DNA from: Phoronis australis
Lineage: Eukaryota > Animalia > Phoronida
Length of the DNA: 32,584 nucleotides
Assembly (NCBI GenBank): GCA_002633005.1
Contig: NMRA01001268.1
Coordinates: forward strand, 1 to 32,584
Direction of reading: 5' to 3'
Part shown: positions 10,061 through 22,747 of the stretch, piece by piece
How positions within the stretch are numbered: the first letter of the stretch is position 1
Layout of the letters: each line of letters starts with the position of its first letter
Made by a program: the position numbers and the translations under genes
Notes under the pieces: model-generated
Seen by the model: only the letters and a program-made list of their open reading frames with translations
The model's database searches: none
What the model was told of the DNA's origin: nothing

Positions 10061-12780
10061 CGATTTTGATTTAAAAATCAGTATTTTCGATATGCAAAAG
10101 TGAAGAATTTTAAAAATAGTTTCTAATAGATTTCAGAAAACAACTGGTGTGCAATCGCAAATCATCCACTGCACAAAGATCTAGTTTTAGAAACTGGCAC
10201 CAGGGGGCCAGAAGTTTTCGAAGTAATCGACGTCGACTTATTTGATCATCATATTTGCAAAAACTAATGAAGCCTCTTTATGAGGTTTATGAGATACAGT
10301 TGCATACTGCGCGTAGTTTGGCACTGTAAACTACGCATTGGTCTGTCTTTTCTATCGGCTGTTACTAAAAAATAAACAAAAGAGATCGTTTTATATTTCC
10401 TTATTTTCTTAGTCAGACAGCAAATTGGTGAAACATATCATTGGAAATCACCAGCATCCCGCCAGATGATCCCCATACCACTTGAAAATGTTTAAAAATC
10501 AAGTGGGCAAAATTTACCGAGTTTTTGCACCCCAGAGAAGATTAAAGGAAACCCCTTTGAAAAATTTGATTGAAAGATTCAATGTCTACACTTATTTAAA
10601 GCATTATTTTTTCCTTTCCGTGAATATTTTTGTCCCAAACCGTTGCTATTTTCTACCAAAATATTTATGATCCTCTATAACTTAAAAAGTAATGTCCCAA
10701 ATTTTTTTTCAAGCTCTATATCGGTGACCCTAGAGTCGACCTTTTAATCCTATTGGGGGGTCTCAGTCCATAGCTTTTGACTCCTTACAAAAGGGTGCCT
10801 TTTCCAGCTAATCGTCTTTGAAAGATTCCATTATTGCAACAGTGCAAAAACACTGTGCAAAAGGATTTGTTATAGGAAACACAGTGTGTGAAAGTTTGTG
10901 TGGATCCCTTTGAATTGTCAGCTTTCTAAAAAGGTGAAGTGCACCAATTTAACTGCCGCACACCTCGCCAAATGTTGAGTTCATGTAGCCCCCCCCTCGG
11001 AAATATTTTCACGTTGAAAGTCATTCAGGGATAATATTTGATCGTTTTAAACGTAAAAATAGGTCATGTATTTTACGGGTTTTTAGCTTCATCAAAAGAC
11101 TGAAATTGCTGTTCAAATATGTGTAAAAATTTTCACACTTCGTACTTAAGCCAGAGACAAATTGCATATACGATATGTGAATGATCTCTCTTGCAGCATT
11201 ATATTGACAGCAGTACCAGGACCTTGGTAATGTCTTCCCGCTATTATTTTTTAATTCAGATTATTGCTGTATCAGAATCAGATGACGGGCGGATGTAATG
11301 ATTACCTAAAATTCCTGATACCCGCACTTGTTTATGTCAAACTTGAACACATAATCTTTTAGATTTATATTGTGACGAGGGTGCGCATCGTGAAGAATAA
11401 TACACATCACTTTTTGTTTAGGGAAGTCGCGCCCACTTGAAAGTACACGATTCTTACGTGAGGAATAACATGTGAAGTTAAACCCGCGCCTGGTTTCAAG
11501 TGATGCACAGATGCCATAAAGCTCAGACCTCAGAAAAAGTTTTCAAAAAAGATCCAACTGATGTATTTTAGCATCAAATGCGCAAGGACCAGTTTCGAAT
11601 AATTTTTGTCTGCTATGAAAATTGAATTCAGTTTCTGTTTTTGTTTTTGTAATACGTTCTTCAAATGTGATAAATACTTTCATTTTACCATCCTGGAAAC
11701 ACAGTAATCTTTATTTGTCTGTTTGTCAATACTTCACCTATGAATTTTTAATTTATTAATGCTTTTAATCTCCAGTGGCATGTTTACATATCATCAAATT
11801 AGCTATGCAGCAATATATTATTCACTCTACACAAGCGTCTCCCACGAACAGATCAATACAACCTTTTGTTGATTTTCCAAAACACCCAATGATAGAAAAA
11901 TATTCCGACATTCTGCATTGTTACAACAGCCAAAAGTATCGATCGCATTTTTTATGTTTGTTTGGGGATATCGAATTCCTTTTCTTAAATCAAGCATATT
12001 ACCCTGCACTATTGGCAATAGCGAGGATCCGTTTTTATGTACAGCATGTGTAGCTTAGCCTCGTGTACTGGTGAACCGGTTTAGAGTCGTTTGCAAAGTG
12101 AAAAGTGTTGGATTTTAATCGCTGTTTCTGTTGCCATTCATAAAGTTTCATAAAATTCATGCTTTCTGTCAAAAAACAAATTTTGATTTAATGCACTGGT
12201 ATCTTGACGAACTTTTCTTATTCCTTACTCTGTTCAGGAGTGATCTCTTGGCTCGGAAGACATTTCTTCTTGCAAACCTGATAAAATTCCACCTCAGTGT
12301 GTAAGCTTAGTGCATGAACAAAATATTCGACGTTCACTTTCAATTCGAAATTCAAAAAAGCCTGCACTTCACTATGCGGGCCACTGTACCGTAACATATA
12401 ACAAACTTAATTTGTTCTACTATTTGTTGATTGATCGGTTTAGGCATTCACATACTACTTTTTAGGTGGTCTCGCTGCGCTACGTAAGAGTAGACATTTA
12501 CTTCTAGGTCCTTGTTACCCTATGGTATAGCCACCACGCACGTTCAAGGTACGTGGTGGACGCGATGTAATAATATAAAGTGTCCGGTAATCGTCTGCAC
12601 AATCCTGTCATCCACGCAAACACATCTGGTCACTTGTCAAAGTTGCCACGAACGGCCCGAATTCAAGGATTACGAGACTAGTACCAACTTCATTATTATT
12701 ATAGTTAGTAATACCATCAATAAGTGCAACAATTTTGATGTCGTTGTTCATATACATAACTTTGAAATGTAACTTTAACT

Positions 12781-13054
12781 AAGTGGCGGATCTAGGATAT
12801 CATAAGGGGGGGGCCAACATTTTGCCTTGGGCAACTGTGCTTTGCGATTGTATGCGAAAACCTTGCTCGAAAAAGCGGGGGCTCGAATTTCTGGACCTCG
12901 TACTACGGGAAGCCGTTAGTGCAGGCCGTCAGGCACGTGTTAACAGGCCTGAGCTCCCTCAGCCGCATATTAAGTACCACCGGAATTAATCAGTGCTCAG
13001 TATTTCCTCACGCTCTTGATGTTTTTTTTTTTGCAGCAGCTAAATCCACCTATG
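12781..13054. mobile_element. MITE-like element of the GTGGCGGATCTAG-terminal type
   Basis: Left AAGTGGCGGATCTAGGATA; right CTAAATCCACCTATG (reverse complement CATAGGTGGATTTAG). The left 18 nt are identical to 32567-32584. Confidence 0.55.
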
Positions 13055-14349
13055 ATCGTAACTGTAATGGATATGCTGGGGCTCAGTAGTTGCATATACG
13101 GTACACCTCAGAATTTGACTAAAAGACTGCTGCAATTTTTAAAGCGTGAGCGATAATCATCACATTCAAACTGTGTTTTCTATTGATGCGTTTTGAGGTA
13201 AAGCCTGGAACGCATCCAATTTTGTTCGTGTTTTCAAAGAGTCGTAATCCAGTCTGGAATGTTGAATGTTTTTGTTACTCGAATATTGGACTCGTGGCAT
13301 TTGACAAGTATCCGCTGCCTATGCGTGCACGCATCAGGTTCGAGCATTAAAGACGCGATCAACGAGGACATTCTGTAAAAACTGCTTTGATTTCTGTCCT
13401 TATACGCTCGGATCTGGTATTTTCCTTTAAGTCACTTGTACAAATACCATAACGAAAGCCTGCGAACATCGTACAATTTTTTGTTATTTCGTGTGTACGA
13501 ACTCTTCATGTGGCCGTTCATAAGCAATTCACAAACTATTTTGTAGCCCAGTCGTTGGTATTTTTCCGCACGCATAAGAACGCCCCTCGACGTAGCGCGG
13601 CCTCAAGAAGGTTTTTCAAACACCGTAGATGTACGCCGGATATGTGTGGACAGGTTACAGTCAGTAAGAGATTTCAGAACAAACAAAAATTGATGGTAAA
13701 TGCAAAAATGCCTAAACCTGTTCTTGTGTGCTTAGTACAGCATTTGTCTTAAGCCTTTCAAGCGGGAGATTTATGTGGTGTTCACACGAGCCCAGAGAGG
13801 GGTCCCTCAAACGCTCGTAAGGTGAAATTACCTAACCCGTGCAGCTGAATCGTCCTTTGGGGTGCAAGCCAAAGTTGAAGTGTCCTCATTCCACTACTTG
13901 CATTTTTTCGCAAAACCTTGCGAAGGCTTCGAGTTGGGTTCATGACAGCTGCGACGGTTTTGTAATAATTTGAAAATAAAATATTCGCGAGCAATAATGC
14001 GAGTCCTCTCGACTCTCTTGGGTGCGACCCCATGCGAATGTTTTGAGAAATGTTGTACATTCCCCGTAAAGTCGTTTCCGAGAAATGAGGTATCAGTATT
14101 ATTGTGATTCTAGAAGTACAGTGAATAGAATATTTTGGATGAACAGCTGCGTCGAATTCGTAAACTTTTTCAGGTATTTATTATCAAACAAACAAATAAG
14201 TATTCTCGCATGTACACCTCAGGGGAGACAATTCTCGTATCTCGTACAAAGTAAACAATTTCTACATGGAGTTAACGTGAACAAAGAATTTTTTCTCATT
14301 TCGCAGATAAGCTGTCATAAAAAGTTTTTATATGTAATTAATTTTTCAG

Positions 14350-16720
14350 CATTATATTACTCATAAGTATATGTAATAAACCTGTGAAACTTTGTTATAT
14401 TTTTGTGACATCTCTCCATGTAGATGTTCTGTTTGGCTAGTACTAAGAAGCAAAATGTTAAATAAAAAATCGTGCGTCTCATAAAGTCCAAGAATAACAC
14501 GTTCGTAAGAGAGATAGTTGGGAACCTGAATTCGACACTAACATTTGAAGTAACTTTCCGAATTCCTTCCATAAATCTTGTACAAGGCGACATTCCTAAA
14601 AACATGTGACAGCGTCTCTGGAGTTTTATTACTAAAGGAACATACATTAGAATCCCGAACACGGATTTTGAATAAAAAGGTATTTGCTGCAATAATCCTG
14701 TGCAGTATTCTAAATTTGAACCATTTAATGTTGGGATCCTATGTAATTTCATAAGCCAATGCGTATATTTTCTTCCAATTTAAACTATCTCCTAACTCTA
14801 TTTCCATTTACACTCGGACATAGAACGTTTCTTAACGTCATTAAAGACTGAACAAAAATGTCTACAACCCTTCAAATGTTTCCGTAAGTGAGTAATTGCT
14901 AAACACATGCAAAGACAGTAGACATTAACACTTTTAAATTTACTTTGAAATAGACTTTTTTGAAACCTTCTTAGAACAGAAACAACACCATTATATTCTA
15001 CAAAGTTGGTTTTTACATCAAACCCGTTTTCCATATGGTTCAAACTAACGAAATCGCCATCAGAGTTATACACATCTCTAATAAATCTTAAGCCTTTTAC
15101 AGAGCAGTTCTTATAAAAAACACTTGTGCCTCCGATCGCCAAGTTACTATTAAGCCACAAAGGTTGATTCAAAAAGCCCTCTTCACTCGCAACAATTATT
15201 TTCTTGTAGAAAGATGTCATACTTCCAAATACGTAGTGCCAGTAGGAATTACCAATTAGAGTTAACTTCGAATTTAAGTTAATAAAGTCACCTCCAAATG
15301 AAGCAAAATTCTTTAAGAACGGGTAGATTGAGTACAGTAATTCCCCACTTTTAGACGCAGGGGTTTCAAGATATCTACGGGCCATGGCGAGTTTTAAAGC
15401 TTTGCTGAAAGAATGCATATTAAGCATCTGAAGTCCCCTTTGATCAAGTCTTAAACAAGCCATAGTTGGTTTAATTTTATCATTGCGAGCCTGCCATGCA
15501 AATCTAAAAACTGTCGTATTCAATTCACCCAAGATTTTTACTGGTGGATTTGGTAAGCTTGACAACAAAAAATTAAGTTTAGAAATAGCTAATGCTTTAA
15601 TTACAGTTACTCTACCAAACAGCGTTAAATTTCGTCGTCGACTCGAACTTTTTAATAATGACTTATTCTTGCAGTGAAGTTGTTATGCGTCATACTATCT
15701 AATTGAGGGTCAAAATACATCCACAGACATACTTTCATTTGTAGGAATCATGTCATCACTTCCACTTTTACTTCCAAACCATATGGCTTTGTTTTGTCCA
15801 CATTCACTTGGAGACATGAGACACTAGCAAACAAATGTAGTGCATTCAATGACAAATTCTACCCATCCAATGTAATTAATTTGTCGTCTGCATATTGCGA
15901 AATTAGAATACCCCTTTTTTCCTGCAACTACACCAGCAATATTTTTATTATTCTTGATGAAATACCCCAAAATCTACGCGCACATCACGAAAATGTAGGG
16001 AGACAAAGGGTCACCTTGTCTGTAGCCACGTGAAACATTGAATCAGGAAGATGGGTGACCATTTCTGACAACACGTGACTTAATATTACTGTAAAAGACT
16101 TTCACCCACCTTCTGATCGACCAACCAAAGTAAAGGAAAGATAAGTTTTTTTGAATAAAATTCCACCATAGTGAGTCAAATGCTTTCTCAAAATCAATCA
16201 GTAAAAGCAGTCCTGGTTTGTTAGCTGTCTGGGCATAAAATATTAAATCATTTTTATATTTTCGTTCAAATTTCTTCCAGAAAAGAAACCTGTCTGGTCC
16301 TTACTGGTTAATTTTCCCAAAACAGATTTTAAGCGTTCAGCCACAACCGAAGAAGCCGATTTATACACATGTATGTCAATTTGAGTAAGGATATGGATCT
16401 CCAGTTTTTCAAATAAAGTTTACTTTTATCTGCTCCCTTAGGGATGCAGGTAATCCCTATTTCTATGTTAATGATACCTGGCCAACAGCAAAACCAGTAT
16501 TAAGTAGGCGAACAACAAAATGTCCAATGTCAGCCCAAAAAAATCCAAACATTCCTCTGAAAAACCATCAGAGCCCGGGCTCTTGTCGTTTTTCCATTTT
16601 TTTTTTTTAAGAATTGTGTGACTTCGTCATATGTAAGAAGGCCTAATTTTTCATTTTGTGTCTCATTCGTAAACTTGCTCATTAAAATCAGATTAAAAAT
16701 TGATTTTGGCATCATTTACA
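14350..16720 (-). mobile_element. 5'-truncated, decayed L1/Tx1-clade LINE (ORF2 RT, linker and C-terminal region)
   Basis: Minus-strand fragments ITCIPKG...KNWRSISLL, LLLIDFEKAFDS, RGYRQGDPLSPYIF, SQYADD (15883-15900), LTLFGRVTVIKALAISKL, and ORF 14798-15568 (QPLWLNSNL...KGLRFIRDV); many stops and frameshifts. Confidence 0.92.
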
Positions 16721-18451
16721 AAAATACTTGAAGTGTTAAAACACCTTTTTGACTGGCAAATATAAACAGTTCGGAGCCCAATCTGTTTCAACTGGTTATA
16801 CATGTTTTTCTTCTCATATTCCACACAATATGCCTACAAGTCTGCATGCATGCACAAGTAACAGTAGCCGCGTTGCACACACTACTTCCAGGACACGTCA
16901 ATGTTTTCCGCAGTTCTTTCAAGCTCATCACCTCTATTGTTAGGCTGTACTCATCTTATCTGGACACGGTTATTGGTTTCTACTGAAATGAGTAACTACA
17001 TCTTTGTGATGAGTCATGCAGGAGAATACACAAACTCAGTTATGTCAGATCAAGTTACTCCTTGAACGAGATTTGCCTAAGCAGTTTCACGTATGCGTAC
17101 TTTCACTTTTCCTTGTCTTTGTAAAATACTGCGCTTTCTAGTTCACGGTATACCAGGCTTGGTGACGATATGTACGAAGTGTCTGTGATTCCAAGTGTAG
17201 AATAAATGCTGTCAAACGTAAAGGAATACTATTTTAGGCTAATTCAACGGTTGACACATTGAATGCATTTTGTTTGACTTATTTTCAATAACGAGACCCA
17301 AATTTACTGCTGGTGCAAAAATAATATTTTAATTAGACCAAAATGTGTTTTTAGTTGATGTTTGTCACGCCTGTGAGGTAACCCACAAAGAATAGTCAGA
17401 ATAAGCTATTTGATTTTTTTTTGTAATAATACCTGGACAAAGCAAGTTCAACGAAGCGACAAACTCATTTTTGCGTTTCCATTTCAATGGACTGAATTTG
17501 AACAATGCATAAAAACAATAAACGAAATCAATATTGATTGACTTTACATTGTTGCAGCCTTCGGGAGCATGACACAGTTAAGGGCGTCAAATGAATATTT
17601 TCATTGCTTTGACTGGCGATGTATCCATTGCTAGGCAGACTTGTATTACTTGTGGTAATTGCCGAGCAAGCATATTTGATGTTTAGAAATTGAGCTAAGT
17701 TCGTTTAAACCGGCTCAGTACACTCGATGTGCTACGTTGCCTTTTGTATAAAAAATCGGACAAGAAATACTGAAATATTACTGAAAACTATGTTGAAATC
17801 TATGGTTACCCTGATAAAATTGAACGTGGATGCAGACTTCCCAAACTTATGCCGGAGTCGGAGAGCAGAGGTTGTCGATTATACAAGATTGCAGGGGCAC
17901 TGGCAGATATTTACGTCATAAAATACATGTTGTTTTCGCAAACTAGTCAAATCCATTGTCCAGTTTGACTATTCACATTCGCGTGTTCAGCTAGCATGCT
18001 GACAACTAAATAAAAATTTGTTTAAACCAATGGAAAAATATTAACGTTTAACTTAGTTGTTGTCGTCCTGCTGCAGGGACGAGTTCTACACATAACCGAT
18101 CAGGCCAACGCTTTATTGGGAATCGAAATATGTAAATTAGTTTTAACGTTTTGCAAATGAGGGTCCTTAACACACCAAACCCCAAGCAACATCCCTGTCC
18201 GTCCTCAAAACTGAAATCTTAAAGAAACGGCCAAGAACAGACCAACTTTGATTTAAGTTCGACAATTTCCCTGTAGGATTCTTGCTCGCTCAAATTACGT
18301 AATCATAAGTTTGCTTGTACCACTTATGAATTAGTTGAAAACAACGTGACAAAACTTTTAAATACTTCGGAACGCCTGATGCTACAGGGTATAAGATAAC
18401 GTGAGAGACGACGGTCAGACCCACGGTTTCCACGGCCCGCCGTCATACCAG

Positions 18452-18638
18452 GCCTGCGTTCAGTAGACGCTAGGACCTACGCTAGGACCTACGCTAGGAC
18501 CTACGCTAGGACCTACGCTAGGACCTAGCTAAAACCTAGTCAAAGTCACGTGTTCTTATTTAAAATACACAGCACTATCTCACGTAATCTCGCGAAGTCT
18601 TGCTTTTTAGCGGGGTCCTTGCGTTACTGAACGGGAGG
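18452..18638. mobile_element. MITE with an internal 12 bp tandem array
   Basis: Left GCCTGCGTTCAGTAGACGCTAGGACC; right end reverse complement CCTCCCGTTCAGTAACGCAAGGACC; CAG on both flanks (possible 3 bp TSD, Harbinger-like). Confidence 0.55.
18467..18526. repeat. (ACGCTAGGACCT)5 minisatellite
   Basis: Five perfect 12 bp units followed by a degenerate sixth. Confidence 0.95.
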
Positions 18639-19029
18639 CAGTACTAGTACTAGAAACTAGTTTCACTTTTGATTATCACCCACTTCACTTTCCTGGTATC
18701 GCTCTTGTTGTAGGCTTAGCAGCGGTGTGGATGGGCCTGATCCCCCTGAAAATGCGTTGCAAGGGCGCAAAAATCGCAGTTTAGGGGCGTCAAATCAAAA
18801 AACGTACTGCTTCAAACTGGGTACATAAAATTTCACTCTTCGCTGTTTTGGCTGTAACAAATGTTGTACTCTTTTCCTTACATGACGGGGAGCGTTGTTT
18901 TGTAGTTGTTTTTACGACGCGCACTGTCACGAATGTCGTTCTTGCCTAGTGCCTTGTGGACCCGACACAGGATCTTCAACTGTCAGATGTTTGGTCTAAA
19001 AATCAGAAGCTACCATTTGCAGATTTAGA

Positions 19030-19700
19030 TCTATCGCTACCGCGGGAAAAATTGTCGCATTAGGGCAAAAATTCTGGCAAATCCAGACAAAATTGGACAG
19101 GGATCATCCGGTGGAAATATACAAGAGAAACTATGGATGCTATGTGTCGCACCGTCTCAAAGAGAGAAGATGTCTGGACTTTCAAATTGCTGGCAATAAA
19201 ACCAGTAGCGATGAGCCGGGAAGAACACGTCGTAGTTTCACAAATAATTATTCAATAAAGAACACAAGGGATAGGTTAAATTAGTAAAACATTGGAAATG
19301 TTTTATCTAGGCTGTAAACATAAATTCAAATATTTCGATTTGCTTTATCGTTTCTCAAAAAGTTTTATGCAATTATCGACTCGATGACCGGAAAACGTGA
19401 CTAAGAAAAAAGTTTGGTTCCAAGAACAGAAAACTGGAAGCGCTCAAGGACCAAGAAATCAAACAACTGCTGTTGTTCATGTGAAATTTCCTTTAAGTTA
19501 GCGACAGCGAAGCAGAAGCATGCTCATCTAATTTACATGTATGCCCAGCATTCGAACCAAGAGAAACCGATTAGGTGTACCAAACTCTAGGCTATTGACG
19601 ACGACTGCCACAGTGTTAACAAATCATTCGATGTATTAGCACACCATCGAATATTACTGAAAACATGAGTGTCAAACATTCGCCAAATGTTTGTCTTTTC
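19030..19700 (+). pseudogene. Possible highly decayed tyrosine-recombinase-like (Crypton-type) coding relic
   Basis: Ordered fragments across frameshifts: SLPREKLSH, EDVWTFKL, VSQIII/FNKEHKG*V, KPIRCTKL*, DVLAHHRI. These resemble recalled motifs SLALKLGH, IILFNRRRxGEV and ITxTKLRK. Confidence 0.3.
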
Positions 19701-22603
19701 CGCCCCAGTTTGAAGCTGTAAATCCTCTAAATATCATGTCGCCCACCTGTAGCGAATTGCACGTTGATGAAATATGCGACATGGTGGCTTTGGGTAAACC
19801 TGCAGAAACGTCAAATTATGTTTTCCTTTCTTTTTTGTGTGAGTGCAACTAGACTATACTGCAATAAAAAGGATTTGGAGAAGACGGAAATCCTGAGAAT
19901 GAATCCAACCTAGACCCCCAGCCGGATCACTCATACGTGCACGCATGAAAAAAAAATAGATTACTCGTGTTCGGGTACAAGTTCCATAGGTGGTAACCAC
20001 GACACTAAATTAATTGGGTACGCAGTAGAGTTGTGTTGAAGGGGCGCATTTGTAGGAAAGAAATATGAAAGAGTGTATACGCAAAACAAGAATACAATAA
20101 TGACTGGGATTGTATGTGTACATATTTTTTCATTTAATGGCATATTTGTACAAACTAATTTGGTTACCAACCAAGGTATAAACCGCTAGCGGCTGGTTAC
20201 TACTGATAATTATTACTGATATATGCAAGATGAATTCACAGAAAAAATGTGTTTATTTAGAGTATTGAAAGACACAATCCAAAACTAGAAGCATCGGAGA
20301 TGACCATCGGCGACACACAACCACTGAACATTCGAACATATATAAACATTCATGACATGGCAATTTTCATCATAGTTGCTCATAATATATATTTTTAAAG
20401 TAGAAAGAAAAACCTAATAAAGAATGAGATTGTTTTATCCAAAACGCATTCTAAAAATTGCCGTGATTCAAAAGATATGGTAATGCAATCTGTTTTGAGT
20501 TGATGATTTTTTCCGTAGGAGGCACAGTACACATGTACATGTACGTTGGTCGATAGTTTGTATTGTTAGTAATGTAACTGGGAAATAGTAATGCCCTTGT
20601 TCTGCACGTGTTTTCTCGAAGTGGCCGATATTCTTGGACTAATTCTATGTAGTGGAAGCACAGATATCTTAATACATGTGATGTCTATGAGTGGAAGTAT
20701 CTAGGGTGCATTTTGTTTATAAATTTGAAGTAACAGTTTAAGTAAGATAATGTAAATATATCCGGAAAAAGTAACATGCGTAGAGTTTTACAAATTGGGA
20801 GAGTGTGGCTAAGAATTGTTTACATCTCGAAAAGCTTCTTTGTAGCATGTTTAACCCTGTGTAAACTTCGAATGAACAAACAATTATCCCATATGTAATT
20901 GGAGATAGAATGGGTGACTAAACATGCTCATTTGAAACTAGGCCATTAAATTGAGTTTGTGCCAAAGCGATCTTGTTTGTTTCGAGGAGGATAAAAAGCA
21001 TATCGATACCTTTTCTTTACTAAATTCTGTTTTGATATTCAAAACGTGTACACTGTCCCGGAAAATTTGAGATATCACATTCACAATATGCGGCAAATAA
21101 CACTGTGTGGGGTGCATTTTCTCACCTGGGCCCATCTATAAAGAACTGTCAACACCGTCACTTTGGAAACCCCTTCCACACGATGCGCCATGACGTAGTA
21201 GGACGTAGGCTCACGTTTACGCAGTGCACCACGCGTTTCCTTTTTAATTCGGCTCAAACTCAGCTTAATCTTGAAACGCTGGTTTATACACAGGTTTACA
21301 CTGTGCAGTGACCCGTTTCGTCACACAACTAAGGAAACATATAAAAAAGTTGACAAACTAAAATTAAGAACTATGGTTTTAACCGCAATCATTATGAGGT
21401 TTAACTATGTGTAGGCGGTACTACTGCAGTCTTTCGCTGATTACCATGCTGTATTTAGATTATTTACGCTATGATTTGTGGAGAAAGTTCATTCATGCGG
21501 CAGAAAATGACACATCTGTTTAGCTTGTTTGCTTGCAATACATAACGAAAACTCGCAATGTCTTGCATGTTATCGCTCTTCTAGCAAGAAACTATGACTA
21601 CGGAGTGAACGCCAGGACTCCAATATCGGCCAAGTGTCCCGCGGGTCGTCAACAGTATGAATTGGTGAGTTTAACTGCATCGTTTCAGTAACGGATTTTT
21701 TTCTCGTTCTCATTTCAATTCTACTATTTAGTTGACCTTAATTTTCGGTTCATAAGCAAACATTGAATTGTGTAGCTGTTGGCAATTGTTCACGAAAACA
21801 TTTAAAACTTTCTTATAATTACGGCGACGCTGAAGCGAACGAGTAACAAGCATCTCATTTAAAAACAAATTCAAAGCGAAAGTGTATGGGAAAAAATAAT
21901 CGATATTAAAATGAATGGTTGTCTTTGTTGTCATTAATTTTAGAGTAATTTCATTCGAAAGTTATGCTTAAGCTTTTGGTCTTTTAGATTTACGCATGTT
22001 GACAAGTGACCTGCGTTCGAAATACACACTCACCCATTGGCCCAGATTTGCGGCCCTATGTGGATGTGATCTTATATTCAACTAACTGACCCAGCACATT
22101 CACTTGCTGAAGCTCGAACTCTCGAACTGACTGATTTCTCGTTATAACTATATGAATATTACAGAATCTCTAGGGCATAATCTTAAAAACCATTATAACA
22201 AAGATGTTGCACTCAAAAAGTAGCCGACTCGCTCAGAGTTAGTTTACAGAGTATTTTAACGAACAGAGCGCAGTAAAGAATTCAGCCCGTCTCAAATCAA
22301 AGCCAAGTCTAAAGGAGATCTTTAGGTATTGATTCCGAGCTATAGCATGAAAAAAGTGTCATCTTTAGTAAACTTGTCAGTTACAGGCTTTATAAATATG
22401 ATCTTATAATGGAAGAGTATGTTCAGTGTTTAGACACTAATGGCATTTATCTGTTGTTGCTATATTTAGATCTGTAAACCATTCAGTGAAAATCGAATAT
22501 GAGAGATCCCCAAGCGAAGAGCGTTTGTGTACAGCATGTTCTACAAGAGTAGTTGAAGAATGAAATTCATTTTTACTCGACTGTCCTGCATACGCTGGTT
22601 TGT

Positions 22604-22716
22604 GAGCAAAGTACGGTATTTTTCTAGGCTTGTAAATAAGGAAAAGTTTCGCAACTATATCTGTACGTAAGGTTTGGAAATTAGCCATTTATCTATCGTT
22701 TTCGAAGAAGACGTAC
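22604..22716. repeat. Dispersed repeat fragment, related to 9954-10060
   Basis: Shared GAGCAAAGTACGGTATT...AGGTTTGGAAATTAG blocks in the same orientation. Confidence 0.7.
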
Positions 22717-22747
22717 ACTCTGATGTGTTATTTTTAGGGTTGTACCT

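Noticed and set aside
11500-12400. Possible SWIM/MULE transposase remnant (MICKHATG on the minus strand near 11775-11795)
   Set aside because: Only one short motif with no other colinear support.
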